DNA of 64,000 nucleotides from Leptogorgia sarmentosa (Eukaryota): NCBI GenBank assembly GCA_964658305.1, contig OZ210884.1, positions 7,130,001 to 7,194,000 of the forward strand, read 5' to 3'. Shown piece by piece: positions 1 to 10,500 of this stretch (position 1 is its first letter; each line of letters starts with the position of its first letter). The notes under the pieces were generated by a model. It saw only the letters and a program-made list of their open reading frames with translations, ran no database searches and was not told where the DNA came from. The position numbers and the translations under genes were made by a program.

Positions 1-849
1 TTCCAGTTTCTTAGATGTGATCAAGAAACATTTCAAGTCGGTTCGCAGCGACGGTTGGGACACAGCAGTTGTGAGATGAGGAAACGAAATTGTTTGAAAG
101 AGAACGGGCGTCGGTGACCAATACCAAATCAGACTGGTATTATGGGCAGAGAATCCCAGAGGATAGTTGATTGTGCTGTAAATATGCTAACTATATTCGA
201 TCTGTGATTGTAATGATCCGAGGCCAGTGTTGTTGTAACGAACGTGTTCTTTACAGTTTAGCTATAAAGTGCTTTATACTCGGTTCGCAGGATAAGAGTA
301 TAACGAAAGCTGCTTGCAATCGTGCTATCTTATGACGATTTTCCTAATATGAATTCTTTGTCATCAATCGGAGGCTTTCAAACATCAAATAAAAGGACAA
401 TTGGCTGTATCGGAATTAAATCATCAGTTTTATCTTACAGTATACGGTACATATGATATACATGTTCAATAAAAAACAATTTGGTTGTTTGAAATTTTTG
501 TCCGTGAATTTTATTAAAATTGGAACATTAAAAAGCAAAAATATTTTCTGTTTGCAAAGCGAAGTCAACTTTCCCGCCAGATAAACGACATCCGGGACAC
601 CGGTCCAGATACGGAAAATACGGACCACGGTCTGGATATGGGTTTTTAGCTGCGGACCGCTTGTCAACCAATCAGAATAGAGAAATTTGAAATGTCATAT
701 AATTATATGATTTTCCGCTAAAATATAAATGGTCTTCATTAAGACAATACAGTACAATAAGCTCTGGTCCCATAAGTTACTGATAAAAATAATGTTCTTG
801 TTCGAAGTGTTAGTTCATGATGCGATTATAATTAAACTATAACTACAAT

Positions 850-3800
850 GTTAACATGTTACTTGACTCAGAGCGATCTGAATGTCTAGTACCGAATGTA
901 CGTGGTCTAAAAATTGCAAGCCTTAACATAAATAGCCTACTAAAACACATCGATCAATTAAGAGTATGCATGTTTAATCAACAAGTCGATATCCTAGCGA
1001 TCAACGAAACTAAACTTGACTCAGATGTGCCCCAAGACTTAATTTCCCTTGAAGGGTACTCCTGGGTCTCTAGAAATAGAAACAGGTCTGGTGGTGGTGT
1101 TGGTTTCTTCATAAGAAATACTATAAATTACCGCACCAGATTTGATCTGAATAACCAAGATATCGAAATGGTTACTATTGAAATTAACAAATATAAAACT
1201 AAACCTTTTTTAGTCTCGACATGGTATCGACCTCCTAACTCTCCTATCGATTTGTTAACAAAATTTGAAATAATTCTGCGGCTAATTGATATGGAAGACA
1301 AAGAGAGCATTATTTTGGGTGATGTGAATTGTGATATCCTTGAAAATAATCGTAGGGATCATACTACGAATGAACTTAATTTCATCACAAGCCTATATCA
1401 ATACAAACAATTGATTAATGATCCCACAAGAGAAACTATCCACTCAAAAACTTTAATAGACCATTTCTATTCTAACAAAAAGGAAAATATTGTTGCAGCA
1501 GGTGTTTCTAAAATTTCAATCAGTGACCACTATCTAATATACGGTATAAGAAAATTTCCATCACTGAAAGGTGGTGAACATGTTATTGAATTCCGAGATT
1601 TCAAACATTTCAATGAAGATAATTTCCTTCACGACATATCATCGCTAAGCGTTCTTAATGTGGAATGTTACCGGGATCCTAACCAAATGTGGTATGTTTG
1701 GAAAAACAAATTTACGGAAATTATTGATAAACATGCACCACTCAAAACTCGTAAAATTGGGAAAAAATGTACACCTTGGATAACTAAGCATATACTTTTT
1801 TCTAAGAGACAAAAGAACCTTTTAAAGAAAAAGGCATCTAAAAGTAAGACCGAAAGGGATTGGCAAGACTTCAAAATAGCACGAAATTCATATAATAAGT
1901 TGATTAAGGCGTCCATTTCTCAATACTATACTGGAGAGATCTGTACAAACGAAGGAAATGCAAAAAATACTTGGAAAACTATTAATAATTTGATTAATAA
2001 ATCAAAAAAATCTACAAACGTGCACGAAATTTGCGATAAAAACGGTAAAACAATCGATATAAATGATATACCTGATGCTTTTAATAACCACTTCACAGAT
2101 TTGGGCTATATACTATCCCAAAATATTCCTGCATGTTCTATTCCACCAGAGAGTTATATCACCGAAGCTACACAGAAATTTGCTTTTTGTGATATAACAG
2201 AACAGGAAGTCTATGAATTATTGTCAACATTATCAACTACTAAAGCATCAGGTTTGGACAAACTACCAGCAAAGCTTATTAAATTGGCTGCTCCTTACAT
2301 AACCAAATCTCTTACAGCAATCTTTAACAGGTCCATATCAACTGGTATATTTCCATGTTCCTGGAAAGTTGCTAGAGTAACTCCAATTTACAAAAACGGT
2401 ATTAAATCCGATATGGACAATTATCGGCCTATATCGGTTATTTCGGTAATTGCCAAAACAATGGAGAAGCTTGTACATAACCAACTTTATTCATATTTGC
2501 TACAGTATAATATTCTAACAAGTACACAACATGGCTTTAGACCTCTTCACTCCACTGTCACTGCATTACTAAAAATGACAAATCAATGGTATCAAAATAT
2601 GGATGAAGGCCTAATGAATGGAGCTGTATTCCTAGACCTAAAAAAGGCTTTTGATACTGTTGATCACGACATTTTATTAAGTAAGCTACACCTATATGGC
2701 GTGAAAGGTAAAGCTTATGACTGGTTTAAATCGTATTTGTCTAACCGTACCCAATATTGCCAAATTAATAGTAAATTGTCTGGACCACGTGCAACGATTA
2801 CTGGCATTCCACAGGGCTCAATTCTTGGTCCCTTACTATTTCTTATATATGTTAACGATCTTCCTAGCAGTTTGAAAAATGCGGACTGTGACATGTTTGC
2901 AGACGACACCCAAATAGGAGTTGCTGGTAAAGACCCGAAATCAATTATTGCAACATTAAACTGTGATTTAACAAACATCTCAGATTGGATGGCAGCCAAT
3001 AAATTAAGCTTAAACAAAAGTAAAACTGAGTATATGATTATTGGCTCCCACCAGAATCTCAAAAAATGGGACTCCGATCTTCGGATTGTGATTGGCAATA
3101 CGCCTATAAAGCGAGTTAGCACCACTAAATCACTGGGTGTGATGATCGATGAGACTTTAACCTGGCATTCGCAAGTTGATCTTATAACCAAAAAAGTAAA
3201 CAAGGGTCTTTATGTCCTCAGACGATTAAGGGAATTTACGGACTTAAAGACTCTAGTTACTGCATATAAAACTTTAGTCCAACCACACTTTGACTACTGC
3301 TCACAAGTTTGGGGGAGCCTGGGAATCACCCTCCAAAACAAATTGCAGCGGTTACAAAATAGAGCAGTACGTATCATTACAAAGCGGGGATATGACTACA
3401 GATCAGTCGACATACTTAATGAGTTACACTTGCCAAATTTAAATGTAAGAAGACAAAATCAATTATGTAATATAATGTACAAAGTTAATTGCAATGAGGT
3501 ACCTGACTATCTTGTAGATTTGTTTACTAAAACAAGTTCAACACATGGTTATCAAGCCAGACAGGCCGAATTTAATTTTGTGCCCCCAAAACCAAACACG
3601 AACTTTTGTAAAAAATCATTTTCATATAGAGGTGCTGTGGCTTGGAACAAATTACCTAACCATTTAAAAAGCTTGAATCAATACGCAACATTTAAAAGAA
3701 GTTTAGTATTAAGTAATACAGTATGATATTTTTAACGCTTACTTTTGTTATATTATTAATATAAGTATCTATTTTTTTGTAATGTGCATGTGCACGGCCT

Positions 3801-3882
3801 ATTGGAAGATCACTTCTCATTTTGTAAATAGTTTTTAACTTTATTGTGAAATAGTACCGTGGGTAAATAAAGTCATTATTAT
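850..3882 (+). mobile_element. 5'-truncated non-LTR retrotransposon (CR1/L2 group, Crack/Daphne-like) with intact ORF2
   Basis: Contains a 956-aa endonuclease+RT ORF. The 3' end reads AATAAA (3866-3871) GTC (ATT)n. It is flanked by TACAAT at 844-849 and 3883-3888. The empty site (CTATAACTACAATCACAGG) is visible in the paralogous copy at ~5831-5849. Confidence 0.93.
856..3726 (+). CDS. LINE ORF2: APE-type endonuclease + reverse transcriptase
   Basis: APE motifs SLNINSL, AINETKL, GDVN, IDHF, SDHY. RT motifs NYRPIS, QHGFR, DLKKAFDTVDH, GIPQGSILGP, MFADD, KSLGV. No stops or frameshifts. Confidence 0.96.
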   Translation: MLLDSERSECLVPNVRGLKIASLNINSLLKHIDQLRVCMFNQQVDILAINETKLDSDVPQDLISLEGYSWVSRNRNRSGGGVGFFIRNTINYRTRFDLNNQDIEMVTIEINKYKTKPFLVSTWYRPPNSPIDLLTKFEIILRLIDMEDKESIILGDVNCDILENNRRDHTTNELNFITSLYQYKQLINDPTRETIHSKTLIDHFYSNKKENIVAAGVSKISISDHYLIYGIRKFPSLKGGEHVIEFRDFKHFNEDNFLHDISSLSVLNVECYRDPNQMWYVWKNKFTEIIDKHAPLKTRKIGKKCTPWITKHILFSKRQKNLLKKKASKSKTERDWQDFKIARNSYNKLIKASISQYYTGEICTNEGNAKNTWKTINNLINKSKKSTNVHEICDKNGKTIDINDIPDAFNNHFTDLGYILSQNIPACSIPPESYITEATQKFAFCDITEQEVYELLSTLSTTKASGLDKLPAKLIKLAAPYITKSLTAIFNRSISTGIFPCSWKVARVTPIYKNGIKSDMDNYRPISVISVIAKTMEKLVHNQLYSYLLQYNILTSTQHGFRPLHSTVTALLKMTNQWYQNMDEGLMNGAVFLDLKKAFDTVDHDILLSKLHLYGVKGKAYDWFKSYLSNRTQYCQINSKLSGPRATITGIPQGSILGPLLFLIYVNDLPSSLKNADCDMFADDTQIGVAGKDPKSIIATLNCDLTNISDWMAANKLSLNKSKTEYMIIGSHQNLKKWDSDLRIVIGNTPIKRVSTTKSLGVMIDETLTWHSQVDLITKKVNKGLYVLRRLREFTDLKTLVTAYKTLVQPHFDYCSQVWGSLGITLQNKLQRLQNRAVRIITKRGYDYRSVDILNELHLPNLNVRRQNQLCNIMYKVNCNEVPDYLVDLFTKTSSTHGYQARQAEFNFVPPKPNTNFCKKSFSYRGAVAWNKLPNHLKSLNQYATFKRSLVLSNTV

Positions 3883-4400
3883 TACAATCACAAGATATAC
3901 AAGAAAAAGCACAACTACAAGACAAATACCGAGTATCGCAATATTCGGATAGCGACGAGAAAAAATAAAACTGAGATCAGGGCTGTTCAGAAGCACATTT
4001 CCAAACCAAGCAGAGCTTTTGACGTTGCGGGAAAGATGCTCGAAACTGAACCCACTGGCAGTCGCGGCCTTTATATTCTTGTTTACATCGCGTTCAATTG
4101 CTTTGCCGTTTGAACAGAATCTCAAAGCTTCCAAACAAAACTCCTTCGAGAATTCAACGCAGTCGTTCAGCAATACAGCATAACGGTGTGGGCAGCATGG
4201 ATGGCACAAATCTGAAGACCTGACCAACTAATTTCTTCGTAATGGCCGATAATGAAACTTCGTTCGATTCCTTTCTTGATATTTTTGAACGTATGAGGGT
4301 ATCTGTGAACTTTGTACGTCTGTAGACGTTCATCTTCGTAGCACAACTCGTCTGTGATGTATTGTTACTAAAGTACCGCAACGTATCAGCTGCAGTGTAA
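3883..4400 (-). pseudogene. Pseudogene copy of the 263-aa tail-anchored protein
   Basis: Encodes RYAVLLNDCVEFSKEFC...NIAILGICLVVVLFLVY. It has a 1-bp deletion near 4190 (GGG vs GGGG), a ~300-bp deletion that removes the ATG and N-terminus, and the LINE inserted just before the stop. Confidence 0.88.
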
Positions 4401-5262
4401 CGGGAAATATTGGGGGTCTTCCCAGAAACACGACAAAAGACGGGCACTGAAGCACCCGAACACAACCCCGTACAGTATAGTTATCAGTGAACCGTAAGAA
4501 CCAACTTTCTCAACAACCTTTCCCTTCTTCTTTGATTACTAGACGAAACATTTTGGAGATGATATAATAGGTGTGCAAAGGTCTGAACAACCTTTATACA
4601 AGTATTCGTATTTCTTAGAACTAATTAAGGAGCGTAGTTTAGCTGTAGAGTGTAAAACAAACACACATGCACCAACACCGTTATACAGCATTGTCTGCCA
4701 GCTAATTTAGCCTACATTTACTCCAGAGCAAACTTTGTCGGGTTCGCCACAAATCGAAAACGAATTAATTTTTTCATATCAAATTCGTTCAGCGCTTTAC
4801 ACTATAAAAAGTAAAAAGGATCACGGATACAGGATATGAATCTGAAACTTTTTAATTCAGAAAAGTTTGTACAAACTTTTTATCTGATAGTTTTAACGGC
4901 CAAATAAACGGGCGAACATCACAAAATTATGCATAAAGATCACTGAATCCGTACACTTGAAAATCAAGAAATCTGCAAACTTTCACGAACCCGGAAAATA
5001 ATTACCAAATGCTACGACAAAAAATAAATTGCACGCACATGTACTTGTTTCTTAGACAAGATCACGTTCATATCGGTGATCGCATGCTGAGTTTGCAATA
5101 AACGCTTCAATTGGACTATCTTTGGTAAGCATGCTGAGTTGAATTTTTGTGAATTTATATAGCATGACTGTAAATCTGCATTCTTGGTTTCTCTTCGTAA
5201 TTTGATATATGTTGTTGTTTCCAGGAAGTGTTGCACAGTGCAAACAAAGTCAAGGAGTAGTT

Positions 5263-5420
5263 ATGAAGTCTCTTTTAGTTTTCCTCAATGTTCTCCAACT
5301 TGTTTATATGCGAATAGAACTGGAAAATTTCTATCGGTATGGGCCTGAGAACGGGGACAGCACGGTACCCACCATTGACGATGGTAGTTTGGCGCTGTGA
5401 ATATTGGGTTTCGATTTTCT
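5263..5420 (+). pseudogene. Orphan, frameshifted copy of exon 1 of the NIDO receptor gene
   Basis: [42 protein letters not shown] then frameshift/stop. Nearly identical to 7508-7660, with no downstream exons. Confidence 0.85.
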
Positions 5421-5807
5421 TGGTGATCGTTCAACGATAAATTATTTTACGATTTTTAATTATGACATTTCTCAGAGGAATAATAAAGTTTAATATAAGT
5501 ATATAGCAATACGTAATTTAGCTAATAACAGTTTTAACAAGGACAAGAAAACTTTACACAAGTCATATTAATAATTTATTTGCATTACATGAATATTTAA
5601 TCGTAAAAGATATGCTTCCTTGATATGCTTCCTTGACGAGCTTCTGTTCACGACTTCAAAGCATACAACAATGCCAACTCGCCACAATCTGTCGTTTGCA
5701 ATATGGTTTTCCGTTAAAATATGAATAGTCTTCATTAAGACAATACAGTACAATAAGCTTTGGTCCCATAAATTACTGATAAAAATATAATGTCCTTGTT
5801 CGAAGTG

Positions 5808-6599
5808 TTAGTTCATGATGCGATTATAAGCTATAACTACAATCACAGGATATACAAGGAAAAGCACAACTACCAGACAAATACCGAGTATCAGAATATT
5901 CGGATAGCGACGAGAAAAAAAAGAACTGAGATCAGGGCTGTTCAGAAGCACATTTCCAAACCAAGCAGAGCTTTTGACGTTGCGGGAAAGATGCTCGAAA
6001 CTGAACCCACTGGCAGTCGCGGCCTTTATATTCTTGTTTACATCGCGTTCAATTGCTTTGCCGTTTGAACAGAATCTCAAAGCTTCCAAACAAAACTCCT
6101 TCGAGAATTCAACGCAGTCTTCCAGCAATACAGCATAACGGTGTGGGGCAGCATGGATGGCGCAAATCTGAAGACCTGACAAACTAATTTCTTCGTAATG
6201 GCCGATAAAGAAACTTCGCTTGATTCTCCCCTCAATATTTTTGAACAAATCAAAGGTTTTGCGAATTTTGTACGTTTGTAGACGTTCGTCTTCGTAGCAC
6301 AACTCGAATATGGAACACAATACCATACCTGGCACATCAAATGGCGTTTTAATGACATCTGTTATCATATCTTCAAACGCAGGGTCGGTTTTAGCCGGAA
6401 CACATAAAACAAAACCATGCCAAGATTTTGAAACACAAATAAATATATCAGAGGCACAGCCCTCTTTCCCTCTTGCTGCTAGTCGTTGTATTTCTGCCAC
6501 GTCTTTTCTTTTACAAGCACCAACAATATCTGCATCAAAGTCTGACATATTATTCACATAGTAAGCCAGAGGGTCTACACTTTTAAATGAGCCTTCCAT
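5808..6599 (-). CDS. 263-aa uncharacterised tail-anchored protein, probable permuted papain-like (PPPDE/LRAT-like) domain
   Basis: Single coding exon with ATG in AAAC-ATG-G context at 6599. Motifs WHGFVL, IFEL, FFIG and YAVLLEDCVEFSKEFC, then a C-terminal hydrophobic helix ILILGICLVVVLFLVYPVIVVIAY. The ORF is well supported; the family call is tentative. Confidence 0.75.
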   Translation of the reverse strand: MEGSFKSVDPLAYYVNNMSDFDADIVGACKRKDVAEIQRLAARGKEGCASDIFICVSKSWHGFVLCVPAKTDPAFEDMITDVIKTPFDVPGMVLCSIFELCYEDERLQTYKIRKTFDLFKNIEGRIKRSFFIGHYEEISLSGLQICAIHAAPHRYAVLLEDCVEFSKEFCLEALRFCSNGKAIERDVNKNIKAATASGFSFEHLSRNVKSSAWFGNVLLNSPDLSSFFSRRYPNILILGICLVVVLFLVYPVIVVIAYNRIMN

Positions 6600-7507
6600 G
6601 TTTTGAAAGTGATGTATTATTACTAAAGTAACGCAACGTATCAGCTGCAGTGTAACGGGAAACATTGGGGGTTTTCCCAGAAACACGACAAAAGACAGGC
6701 ACTGAAGCACCGGAACACAACCCCGTACAGTATAGTTATCAGTGAACCGTAAGAACCACTTTCTCAACAACCTTTACCTTCTTCTTTGATTACTAGACGA
6801 AACATTTTGAGATGTATAATAGGTGCACAAAGGTGTCAACTAGTATTTGTGTTTCTTAGAACTAATTAAGGAGCGTAGTTTAGCTGGCTAACTCTAGTGT
6901 GTCAAACACACACCAACACCGCATTGCCTACCAGCTGATTTACTAGATTTAGCCTACATTTACTCCAGAGCAAACTTTGTCGGGTTCGCCACAAATCGGG
7001 AACGAATTTGTTTCATATCAAATTCGTTCAGCCATTTACACTATTCAAAGTAAAAAGGATCACTGATACAGGATATGAATCTGAAACTTTTTAATTCAGA
7101 AAAGTTTGTACAAACTTTTTATCTGATAGTTTTTACAGCCAAATTAACAGCAATCACAAAATTATACATAAAGATTTTCTCGGTAATGAATCCGTACACT
7201 TGAAAATCAAGAAATCTGCATACTTTCACGAACCCGAAAAAATAATTAACAAATGCTACGATAAAAATAAATTGCACGCACATGCATGTACCTGTTTTTT
7301 AGACCAGATCACGTTCATATCGGTGATCACATGCTGAGTTTGCAATAAATCCTTCAATTGGACTATCTTTGGTAATTATGCTGAGTTGAATTTTTGTGAA
7401 TTTATATCATGACGGTAAATCTGCATTCTTGGTTTCTATTTGTAATTTGATATATGTTGTTGCTTCCAGGAAGTGTTGCACAGTGCAAACAAAGCCAAGG
7501 AGTAGTT

Positions 7508-10500
7508 ATGAAGTCTCTTTTAGTTTTCCTCAATGTTCTCCAAGTTGTTTATATGCGAATAGAACTTGAAGATTTCTATCCGTATGGGCTAGAAAACGGG
7601 GACAGCACGGTACCCACGAATGATGATGGTAGTTCTGGCCTTGTGAATATTGGATTTCCATTTCCTTTCTTTGACGTGGAACACACATCCTTGTTTGTAA
7701 GTATAATTCTCGCCCGTTCAAAACGTTTAGATTTTCTCGAAGCATGCCTAATGCAATTGAATTGATAAGATGAACATCTTAGGAAATCAAGTTCGAGGCT
7801 CAGCGAACATAAGAAGTTCAAAGACAAAATTCACTCGGCCTTAACTAATCAGTTCACAATACCTATTATGCACATTGTATTAGTTTCTCCAAACATGCTA
7901 CAGCGCATGTTTCGTTTCAATTTTTTGGCATTATCTGAATAGACAACAATATGTGTAGCTATATTAATAGTAATCCCTTATATTTCTTACTGTTAGTGTC
8001 TTATAGTTTTGCCGTTTACTACAATTTGCACATGTTGTTTTGCTGTATACTAATCTTGTATTATCAGCATATTTTGTCATAGTGAACAAATGTTTATGTA
8101 ACACGATACTGTATTGACTATTGTACATGTTTATACTAACTAATATGGATCTGAATATTTCAATTTTGATCGCACGAGACGAAGAACTTTGCCTGATGGA
8201 CAATCTGCATTTTTGGCAAAAATTCTATTGCGAACAAGAAGTGCGGGAAATGGGAAAATTGTATAAAATACGGAAAACTTTGGCCTTGCGCACATTTTCG
8301 TATTGCTCATGCCCGTGCATGCACACGTTCTATGTGCGTGATACTAATATAGACAAAATTCGTAAACTTAGCGAGGAAAATATGTTATTTTCCGTTTAAT
8401 TTTCCGTATTTTAAAACATTTCGATGCAAATTTGGTCTGCCATTTGAAAGTGTCTCCAAAAAGGCGAGATTTGATAGCCACTGAAGCTTCCCGATTAACC
8501 TTTCTTTATCGAGCAGAGGACTGGGTCTAGTCGCATCAAGGAAGTTTTCTTAACTTCCTAAAGTTGTTTGTGCAGGCTGAAATGCCACAATTATAATTGA
8601 GGCATCTTTTAATATATACACTAGTTTAGGCCACTCATGCACTCGCTATAACTTGTTGTTCCTCCATGGGGACGTAAAGAGTCTCGGCTATTTAGACTTA
8701 TCGATTATTACAAGCATTATATTCTATAAATTTTGTCAAGAAAAAAATCGTCGAATATTTAATACAAGCGATTTACGTTATCCATTCCCTTTCAGATAAA
8801 CACGAATGGCGTGATCTCGTTCCTTCGCGAGGTTTCACAGTACACACCGGATTCCTTTCCGCTTGACGGTAATCGTCGTCTCATCGCCCCATTCTGGGCA
8901 GATGTCGATACCACAAACGGTGGCGTTGTATATTACAGAGAAACTCAAGATCTCGCAATTCGAAAACGAGCCTCTGAAGAAATAAGAAAATATTTCGTTC
9001 GCCAGAGAAGGTTTTCAGCAAAATGGGTCATGATTGTGACGTGGTTGGAAGTTGCTAGCTACGGCGGAAGTTTTTCACCCAATGTACGTATGATGCATGT
9101 TTACCACTATATGCAAATTTATTGGCGCGAACAGAGGAAGAAGCAACTTGATTGGCTGACGACAAACACTGACGACATCACCCCCAATCACATTCGCTTT
9201 CTGCTTGTTCGCGCGAAAGAATTCGTTCAGTTGTCTAAATTACTCCGTCAGTACCCAAAGCGAAGTAGACTACGTGAAGTAAGCGTTGAAATGCGCTAAC
9301 TTTTCATGTGAAAGATTACTGTATCGTGATGTTTCGCTGCATATGTAGTTCAAACAAAGATATAAGATTTTTATAATATAAATGAGGAGGAAAACAATTA
9401 CTCTAATTCCACACTCTTAGCACATGGTTATTATCTTATCCAGAACTAGAAACCAAGAGTAATTTTCAGTCTGCACGTACACTAAATCATTTTTAATTTG
9501 AATGTACAATTAATATTTGCTTATATAGAATACATTTCAGACGATATTGTCAACTGATGGATTATACTCATTTTCTGTTTTTTACTTCAACAAAATTAAA
9601 TGGACGTTTGGTACAGCAAGCAATGGCATCCCTGCTCAGGTTAAGAAAATATTTTTAATAGCATCCTCCTTTTATTTGTATGATGTGATCTTTGTATTTT
9701 TTATTTTTCAATTTTTGAATGGCATCCAGTTTCGAAAGCTTTTTCTTCAGAATTTCGAAGTAAACAGACCAACCGGAATACCTGCAAAGCGCGTCAATGA
9801 ACCATGCCGTCCCCCCGTAATTATATTTTTCTTTATTTTATAGTCTGGTTTCAACGCAGGAGATGGAATTCGATATTTCAATATTCCAAACTCTCGCACG
9901 CTTGAAATCATCAACATCACTTCAACATCAAACTACCAAACTCCTGGATTCTGGATTTTTCAAGTCGATGGAGAGACTGTTAAAAACCATGATTGCAAAT
10001 CAGATAGAAGTATGATCGTTTTTTTTTTACCATTATTTTTGGTTATTAATACTTTAAAAAATAACGCAACGATTTGAACTATAAATAGATAGTTATCCAG
10101 TTACTGCAATATAATATTAATATCTCCGATTGTAAAATGAAATCAGTGTTATAAGGCTGTATAGGTGCACTACAAACAATTTTAACGCTAAGGCTATATA
10201 GTTGAATCATCGAAGAAGCAAAGCGGTCCATTGGAACTGCGAAATGGTGCTAGACTTTCGAGTAGTCTTAAACTGACCAATCAAAAGTCTTCAACTGAAC
10301 AAACAATATGATTAGGGTTTATAATCGACGTTTTAATTGGATAATTATAATATTTAATAAGGATAACTGCATTTGAATGAAACAAAATGAACTGTTATTA
10401 TTTTTATACAGAATTTTTTCAGTGGTATAGCTACATAAGCGATTAATAAATTTGAGCATCTGAACATTTTGATCATTTTGAACATCTTTTATATCATCTC

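Larger units (their letters stand above)
704..5420. repeat. Segmental duplicate (copy A) of ~5701-7660, interrupted by the LINE
   Basis: 704-849 matches ~5701-5843 and 3883-5420 matches ~5838-7660 with high identity, apart from a ~300-bp deletion at ~4350. It may extend further left beyond the repeat at 1-703. Confidence 0.92.

Noticed and set aside
1128..3203. Antisense ORFs inside the LINE, and similar ones opposite the toxin-GTPase exon
   Set aside because: Shadow ORFs of long coding frames with no independent signal.
6600..6770. N-terminal 57 aa of the 320-aa ORF call
   Set aside because: It starts at a non-ATG codon and probably lies in 5' UTR/intron (donor-like ~6778, acceptor-like ~6645). 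The ATG at 6599 has the better context.
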